A DNA stretch of 30,380 nucleotides, from positions 1-30,380 of IMG/VR virus record IMGVR_UViG_3300032295_000600. One strand, given 5' to 3'. A program made the translations under genes and the position numbers. This DNA is from a virus. Taxonomy: Duplodnaviria; Caudoviricetes. This document shows, piece after piece, positions 25,001 through 30,380 of this stretch (position 1 is its first letter; every line of letters starts with the position of its first letter). Under the pieces are notes generated by a model. The model did no database searches. It saw only the letters and a list, made by a program, of their open reading frames with translations, and was not told the DNA's origin.

Positions 25001-28000
25001 GTTTGACGTTCGCGATTTGGATGAGATGGCCAAAGGTATAGAAGCCGCAGGCCAAAGCGCCACACGTCCCGGCGTTACTCCAGAAGAACTACAGCGCACA
25101 AGCGCTCAGCCACAACTTGATTTGTTCGCTGACAAAGATACGCAAACACAGCGTGCTACACCGCGCAACTTCCAAAAGATGTTGGACTCTGGCAATATAC
25201 AGAGGCTTCGTCAAGCTATTGCGCAACTAAACAAAGACTCTGAAAACGAAGTGTCTGCTGTAGAGGAAACGCTTACAGAAGCGCAAGAACAACTTGCCAA
25301 AGCAGAAAAAATTACACAGAAAGCCCTTGATAAAGTTAAGGCCCTTGAAGAAGGCGCTGATGTTGGTGGCTCGCCATTAGTAGACCAATCGTCTGAAGCG
25401 CTTGCAACCGTTAAAGCAACGGATGAAAAATTAAAAACACGTTCCAGAGTTGCACCAGAAACTTCAAAGTTTGTAGCTGAATACGGCTTGAAGCCGACAA
25501 ACAAGGCAGACGATGAAATCAAACTTGCGTGGGCTGAAGCAACGCGTGATGTTGTAGCTGCTGAATCCGCGCTACAAGCGTTGCCCCTGCGAATTGCTTA
25601 CTTGACTGAGATTCGTGACAGTGTTGCTAAGCTGTCTAAAAAAGGTAGACAAGATCTAATTACATTGGTTGACGAGGCATTGCGTTTTAGTACAGACCCA
25701 AGCAACCCCGCGTCAATGCGTGACAGCCTAGAGAACAAAGAGTTTGTAGAGCTCAAGCAGTGGCTAGACCCTGATACAGCAAACGCAGAAATCAAACGTC
25801 TTAAAACCGTATACAACTTAGCCAAGAGGGCGTTAGGCCCTGCGCGTGAACGTGTGGATGCCGCCGTTGCTGAATACGAAGAAGGTAGCGTTGTTCGTAA
25901 AGCAATAGAACGGGAACAGAAAAAAGCACAGGACGCGTTAGAGAAAGCGCAAAGAGCTGAACAAGCAGCGCGAGCTGCTGTAAAAGAAGAACAAAAACAA
26001 GAAACAACGGCTACGGAAGAAGTTGGCACGCCAAACGCAGAATACCGAGCCGCACTACAACGTGCCCGTGAAGGTTTGAATTTGCCCGGTATTCGCAACT
26101 TGGTGGATACAACTGCTATGAAGCAGACCATCTTTAATCTGCGTAGTGCCATGGGTTCGTTTGATGCGCAGTTAGAAAACAAAAATCTGACTGAAGAAAA
26201 GCGTGCAGAGATAGAAGCTAAACGTGAGGGCGCCGCTAAGAAACTGGCGTCTGTGTACCAAGACGCACCACGCATTACGTCTGAAATCAAAGAGAACGGT
26301 CAGCTTGAATTAGAGCGAGCGTTTGACGATGCCCAAGCTAAAGCGTACGACAAACAGGCGGCCAAGCGCCGTACGCGTGCTGGTGAGTCTCCCCCAGTTT
26401 TACCATCTAGCAAGACTGGCCCCGTTGTTAAGGGCGTGCGAAACCAACGCATATCTCAGTCGGGAGAAACATCAGAAACAGAGGCAACAAAAGAAGCGGC
26501 CACAGCGCTTGAGAAGCTTGCAGAAGAGCGTGCTACGTTGGCTGACTTGGAACGTCGCGAGAAGTTCTTGCGTGACAACGGTAAGGCTAAGTCCGGTGGT
26601 CGTTTAACACCGGCGTTCAAAGCGCTACAAGCGCAGATCACTAAGCAAAAGAACGTTGTAGCAGAAGCCGCCGAAGAACAGGGCAAGATTGTTGCCGAAG
26701 TTCGTGAAACAAAACAAGCGCTCGGCAAGAAGAGAATTCAGAACGTTGCGTCCGAGACTGAAGTTGGATTGAAGGGCGAAGAAGCGTCTATTCCTAAACC
26801 ACCAAAGGTGGTGTTCCGTACAGTAACTCGCGGTCCAACATCTTTGCAGACTGAACAAGTTCAGCGTTTAGCTGACCGAGTTACCAAGGACTGGGTGAAC
26901 GCCCCTGAGATTGTGGTTGTGGCTACAGAGGCAGACTTGCCTGTGCGTATCCGTGGACAGATTGTTCGCGCTGACCGTGCTGAAGGTACAACGCCCGGTT
27001 TGTTTGATACCAAGACAAAGAAGGTCTATCTTATTGCCAGCAATCTGAGTAACGCCAACGATGTAATCTTGACGATTGCACACGAAGCTACGGGTCACTA
27101 CGGATTGCGTGAGTTGTTAGGTGATACATACGCCACCACCATGAACAACGTGTATCGCGGCAACCCAGAGGTGCGCAAGCAAGCAGATGCCAAACAAAAA
27201 GCAGACAAGAGCCTGTCTCGTGAGATAGCGGTTGAGGAAGTTTTGGCTGAGATGGCCGAAGACCCTAACCCAACACCGGCAGAGAAAAGCGCTTTGCGTC
27301 AAATCTATGAGAGTCTGCGTGCTTGGTTTAGGTCTGTGCTTAGTTTGCCAAACGTTACGGACGCTGAAGTGCGACAGATTGTTGCCAACGCACGCCGCTA
27401 TGTTATTGAAGGTGGTGTGTCCGGTGCAGGTCAAGCCCCAGTAGGCGAAGTTACATATAGAACCAAAGCAGCCGCCCCAGCCAACGCACTTGAGTCGCTG
27501 GCGCTGGACATTACCACGCAGCCTAAAACGCTTAAAGAAAAATTAGGCAACAACCTTGCCTTGCAAGCTGAAATGCAAGCGGTGGATATGCGTGCGGGGC
27601 TGCGCGACACCCTCAAGTTTGGTGACGACAATCTGTTTACCCAAGCCATGTACCACGTACGCAAGGCTGAACAGAAGATGGCGCAGATGTTCACCGTCAT
27701 GAACAGTGGCCCGTTGGTTGCATACAAAGACTCTAAAGGTTTTGTTGGCTACCGCAGCTCCAATGAGAACAGCGCCCGTGATGTGTTTGACGCGATTGCT
27801 GACATTCCTGTGGATGACCCACAACTGAAGACCAACATTGCTCAGGCTTACATGGTTGCGCAGCGTGCCGCCAACAAAGGGCTATCTAAGCTTGACCTTG
27901 GTGAGTTGGGTATCACTGAGGAAAAACTGAAAGCTGCCTTGGCTGCAGCCGATGCCGACCCCGCCTTGAAGAACGCGCTCGAAAACGTTCGCCGCAAGTA

Positions 28001-30116
28001 CAACGCATACAACAAAGGCATGATTGAGTTCCTTGCTACAACTGGACGTATCTCTAAAAAAGTAGCCGCAGACTTGCTTAAGGATGGCGACTATGTTCCT
28101 TTCTATCGCGTACGTGAAAACGGCATGGCGGAGCTGAACTTTGGAAACAACGTCACGTTCAACGTGGGCGACATCCGCCGCCAGCCATATCTTGCCGAAC
28201 TTAAAGGTGGCGAGACCAAGCTGTTGCCTTTGAACGAAGCCATTCAGCAGAACACTTTGTTGTTGACAGACATGGCGTTGACTAATAATGCCGCCAAGAG
28301 CGTGGCCTACGGCTTGCAAGCACTGGGCAAAGGCAAAGGTCCCGTTGACCCCAAGACAGGTAAACCTACGGACGTGATGTCCATCAAAACAGGTCTTGGC
28401 CCTGACGATGCTAAAGTCATTCGCTTCTATCAAGAGCCTGACCCAAACAAGCCCGACGATAAAGGCGAGCGCCACATTGTTGTGGACACCAGAGGCACTG
28501 CAGCCGAAGGCATTCCTGCTGAGCTAGTGGTGCAGAGTTTGGAAGGCGCAAGTCTTGCGTTGCCCGGGTTCCTAAAGCTCGGCGGTGCTGCCGCTGATCT
28601 GCTGCGTGCCGGTGTTACCCGCACTCCTTTGTACATTGCCCGCAAGTTGCTTCGCGAACCTATGGCCGCATCCTTCACTGGCGGTCTGAACAACAACGCG
28701 TTCTCTGCTGTCTTCAAAGCAGGCGCTGAGTTTATCCGCATGAGCCGTGGCACCAGTGACGCACAAGCCAAGCTAATTGAGAAGGGTTTGATTCAGTCCA
28801 ATATCTTTGCAGGCGATATGTCTGACATGAAGAAAATGGCGCTTCAGCTTGCCAGCGGCAAAGACCAGAGCGTGATGGACAAAGTGTTTGCTGCAGCTGA
28901 TCGTTACGCAATGCGTGCTGACGCCGCCACACTGGCGCTGGTGCTCAAGAATGCTGAAGAAAACGGCCTGTCAGAAGTTGAAGCCGACATGATGACCATG
29001 GAGTCCATGAACTTCTATAAGCGAGGCCTGTCGCCTACGTTGCAGTATGCCAGCCGCTTAATTCCGTTCTTTAACGCCCAGATTCAAGGTTTGAACGTAT
29101 TGGTCAAAGCCGCACGCGGCAACATGCCTTTCGAAGAACAGCAACAAATTAAACGCAAGTTCTTTAACAATGCTATGTTGCTGATGGGCACCGGCCTTGT
29201 GTACGCCATGGCCATGGATGACGACGAGACTTTCCGCAATGCTCGCCCACGAGACAAGTACTCCAACTTCTTCATGCCTATTCCCGGCGTGGAGGAGCCC
29301 CTGAAGTTGCCAATCCCGTTTGAAGCCGGTTACTTCTTCTCTCTGGCTGTAGCCGCAGTCGATGGTATGCGTGCGGAAACTGATGGTAAGGCGCAGTTTC
29401 AAGCGCTTAAAGATTTGTTCTTAGGCTCTGTTCCCGGCTACTCGTCCATGGGCATGCCGCAGATTGTCAAGCCTGCGTTTGAGGTGTGGAGCAACAAGAA
29501 CTTCTTGACTGGCGGCAATGTGGAATCTTTGCGTTTGCAGGGACTTGACCCCGAAGCGCGATACCTTGCTACCACAACCGAGTTGGCCAAGCAGCTGAGC
29601 AACGCTATACCAATCCTGTCGCCTATCCAGATTGAGCATCTTGTGCGTGGCTACTTGGGCGTGCTACCTTTGGTCGCCGCCGCTGGGGCCAACAGCTTGT
29701 TTGAACGTGAAGGCAAGGGCGAGAAACCTGCAAGCCGTGCGTCTGACCTGCCGTTGGTGGGCACAGCTTTCCAGAAGAAATACGGCGGGGCAGATTCCGA
29801 CGTGGTGTTCCGTGAAGCCAAAGAAATTGAGCAGTCCCGCAATACTTTTAACGACATGCTTAAGAGTGGCCGCAAAGAAGAGGCGGCAGAGTACCGCGAC
29901 AAGCACCGCGTCGAGCTAACCATGGCTCCCGCCGCAGGGCAGTACCGCCAAGTGATTGGCCGCATTAACGCAGACATTCGCCGCACACAAGAACGCAACG
30001 ACCTGACGCCTGAAGAAAAGCGCTTGAGGCTGGATGCACTGGACAAAGCCAAGCAAGACCGAGCCGAAGCTTTCATCAAGCAGACACGCCGTGTGGAAGA
30101 GCGGCTAGGGAGCTAA
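22044..30116 (+). CDS. Large polyvalent ejection protein (zincin-like metallopeptidase motif; LPD38-like C-terminus)
   Basis: 2690 aa from ATG 22044. N-terminal Gly/Ala hydrophobic helices, long coiled coil, PGLFD...VYLIA...TIAHEATGHYGLR...AVEEVLAEMAE (HExxGH at 27081-27098), and C-terminal IPFFNAQIQG...LPIPFE.G...LSPIQIEHLVRGYLG. Confidence 0.8.
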   Translation: MATKIQLPNGAFFPVKEGESKEQALAVAKQMYPDAFGAREEAKPKQDTSGFKAAASAGATRLGGEFELLKGKLGLKSEAEAQKEYEAAQAKATARFTPTEKGFTEDPLLKFRELLGGSVPYMAAPAAAGLAALAAPVSVPVAAGLGLLGAGAVSTGQFTGSNLARQMDTGKTLEEASLGKAAAAAVPQALIDTAAMALLPGVGKLFGSVGSKLTTEQAKAIANQTLSKAAMDYTAKTGMAMGREGFTEVAQQSLERLQAGLNIADPEARKEYVESFIGGAVLGGTLAPVGRAFERSSAKTQAAKAERDERNLLSKEAAEQERLAQEQEEARRQTPEYALEKAKELRTLEQEKIALQQQERKVTKNSPTEAEDKAFNKEIREQLRVNKLARDEIAPEVNRLKQTGVYQQALEQERIASMSPEDYMLEQMSQQAGIQAAGRKTNKGQLFPTEEPAPADTTLQDYAAEQLTAAQNVGALTTKDRLDYLMQNPEMARQLLANRTPLPGVDEKEQKIIYSALVGQLKAFDKQQAEQERVRAEQAERVRGQMAGAAPGSELMGTMTKMPAVQAAEQQRAVDEARLRVVTPEVEGLQRLGQAPDYSPAQALRQSYEANKARTAQDEDLVQGLIDTLPKGGMLIPGQVFQGLGGGTARERSDLLTQLAVARESSGKSKTGGVKDNDVSRGIIEKLRALKQTETTGTGAETQPLQTALAGISVPEARAKEAAANKFADQQNQQLMAFTRILGKVNRGTLVLPDTFKQRSDAIKQAYLQLHIDEINARRDAFGLPPMADWERGEARARVMEALNELGDRWGSAANAGPAGQRQFGSQVQAVAALQEQMRTNIQKTVAEAAERARLGATNEVAEKTTVPAGTGKRIAAPAELTLRGEARTELSTEDMIEALLSQTETRERAVPTAAVKPAKKVTDLGDIKQLLEKERSGGKLEPMGKGSVQLLQQLQDMLPQTTDADFKELARKIVRQIYTGNEPNLFDVRDLDEMAKGIEAAGQSATRPGVTPEELQRTSAQPQLDLFADKDTQTQRATPRNFQKMLDSGNIQRLRQAIAQLNKDSENEVSAVEETLTEAQEQLAKAEKITQKALDKVKALEEGADVGGSPLVDQSSEALATVKATDEKLKTRSRVAPETSKFVAEYGLKPTNKADDEIKLAWAEATRDVVAAESALQALPLRIAYLTEIRDSVAKLSKKGRQDLITLVDEALRFSTDPSNPASMRDSLENKEFVELKQWLDPDTANAEIKRLKTVYNLAKRALGPARERVDAAVAEYEEGSVVRKAIEREQKKAQDALEKAQRAEQAARAAVKEEQKQETTATEEVGTPNAEYRAALQRAREGLNLPGIRNLVDTTAMKQTIFNLRSAMGSFDAQLENKNLTEEKRAEIEAKREGAAKKLASVYQDAPRITSEIKENGQLELERAFDDAQAKAYDKQAAKRRTRAGESPPVLPSSKTGPVVKGVRNQRISQSGETSETEATKEAATALEKLAEERATLADLERREKFLRDNGKAKSGGRLTPAFKALQAQITKQKNVVAEAAEEQGKIVAEVRETKQALGKKRIQNVASETEVGLKGEEASIPKPPKVVFRTVTRGPTSLQTEQVQRLADRVTKDWVNAPEIVVVATEADLPVRIRGQIVRADRAEGTTPGLFDTKTKKVYLIASNLSNANDVILTIAHEATGHYGLRELLGDTYATTMNNVYRGNPEVRKQADAKQKADKSLSREIAVEEVLAEMAEDPNPTPAEKSALRQIYESLRAWFRSVLSLPNVTDAEVRQIVANARRYVIEGGVSGAGQAPVGEVTYRTKAAAPANALESLALDITTQPKTLKEKLGNNLALQAEMQAVDMRAGLRDTLKFGDDNLFTQAMYHVRKAEQKMAQMFTVMNSGPLVAYKDSKGFVGYRSSNENSARDVFDAIADIPVDDPQLKTNIAQAYMVAQRAANKGLSKLDLGELGITEEKLKAALAAADADPALKNALENVRRKYNAYNKGMIEFLATTGRISKKVAADLLKDGDYVPFYRVRENGMAELNFGNNVTFNVGDIRRQPYLAELKGGETKLLPLNEAIQQNTLLLTDMALTNNAAKSVAYGLQALGKGKGPVDPKTGKPTDVMSIKTGLGPDDAKVIRFYQEPDPNKPDDKGERHIVVDTRGTAAEGIPAELVVQSLEGASLALPGFLKLGGAAADLLRAGVTRTPLYIARKLLREPMAASFTGGLNNNAFSAVFKAGAEFIRMSRGTSDAQAKLIEKGLIQSNIFAGDMSDMKKMALQLASGKDQSVMDKVFAAADRYAMRADAATLALVLKNAEENGLSEVEADMMTMESMNFYKRGLSPTLQYASRLIPFFNAQIQGLNVLVKAARGNMPFEEQQQIKRKFFNNAMLLMGTGLVYAMAMDDDETFRNARPRDKYSNFFMPIPGVEEPLKLPIPFEAGYFFSLAVAAVDGMRAETDGKAQFQALKDLFLGSVPGYSSMGMPQIVKPAFEVWSNKNFLTGGNVESLRLQGLDPEARYLATTTELAKQLSNAIPILSPIQIEHLVRGYLGVLPLVAAAGANSLFEREGKGEKPASRASDLPLVGTAFQKKYGGADSDVVFREAKEIEQSRNTFNDMLKSGRKEEAAEYRDKHRVELTMAPAAGQYRQVIGRINADIRRTQERNDLTPEEKRLRLDALDKAKQDRAEAFIKQTRRVEERLGS

Positions 30117-30308
30117 ATACGATGCTGGAAATTTCCGATAAAACCATACGCCTAGTTGGTGGTTCTTGATACCCACGATAGCCCGCGCTTGAATGCGGTG
30201 AGGGAGAGCGGCACGTAAGCCCATCTCCCTCACCCTCTCAACATCTAGACCCGGTACAAAGAAGCCCTCACCCGGCTTTAGCTTCGCCCACGGATATATT
30301 ATTACCAT
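30105..30308 (-). CDS. Small phage protein (YPW..LKPGEGFFVP motif), probable DNA-binding protein
   Basis: ATG at 30308 (TTG at 30311). YP[FW]...G..FFVP...G.W motif recurring in phage early regions. Overlaps the 3' end of the giant gene by 12 nt. Confidence 0.65.
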   Translation of the reverse strand: MVIIYPWAKLKPGEGFFVPGLDVERVREMGLRAALPHRIQARAIVGIKNHQLGVWFYRKFPASYLAP

Positions 30309-30380
30309 CAAAGACTTCGTCCCTAAAAGTTATGTGCATGGTGTTCACACGCATGGCAGGGCCGTTGGTACGGGACAGCA
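30268..30380 (-). CDS. C-terminal end of an upstream minus-strand gene (possibly a replication protein), 5' truncated
   Basis: Open minus frame LSRTNGPAMRVNTMHITFRDEVFDGNNISVGEAKAG-TGA (stop at 30270-30268) running off the window edge. The product guess is weak. Confidence 0.5.
   Translation of the reverse strand, partial: LSRTNGPAMRVNTMHITFRDEVFDGNNISVGEAKAG

Noticed and set aside
40-30079. Numerous minus-strand and alternate-frame ORFs (e.g. 22368..23348, 1876..2631, 3752..4513, 8827..9144, Cys-rich 11159..11347)
   Set aside because: They lie wholly over well-supported + strand genes and are shadows of codon bias or repeats, with no independent motifs.

Overview
The window is the late (virion and lysis) region of a tailed dsDNA bacteriophage with podovirus-type organisation. 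It is almost entirely coding, on the + strand from <1 to 30116, with a convergent minus-strand block starting at about 30105. Gene order: (i) small Lys/Met/Gly-rich basic proteins; (ii) two head-tail adaptor-like proteins, a CxxC-CxxC protein and fibre-associated proteins; (iii) two consecutive four-gene cassettes, each tail fibre + fibre chaperone + cupin + 2OG-Fe(II) oxygenase; (iv) a lysis region with a small exported protein, a T4 holin T-like TM+GAF protein, a GTA-type 3TM holin and an M15 peptidase endolysin; (v) a tail nozzle/stabilisation protein, a GNAT-like protein, three ejection-type proteins and a 2690-aa polyvalent protein (zincin HExxGH motif, LPD38-like C-terminus). No capsid, portal, terminase, integrase, RNA gene or CRISPR array was seen. 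The most notable unexplained signal is a short motif, [FYM]-[AKS]-x-G-G-x-hydrophobic. It recurs about 17 times across otherwise unrelated small basic proteins and ejection proteins but was not seen in the adaptors, fibres or nozzle, suggesting a shared virion-internal sorting or processing tag. All family assignments come from motif recognition and recall; no database searches were run.
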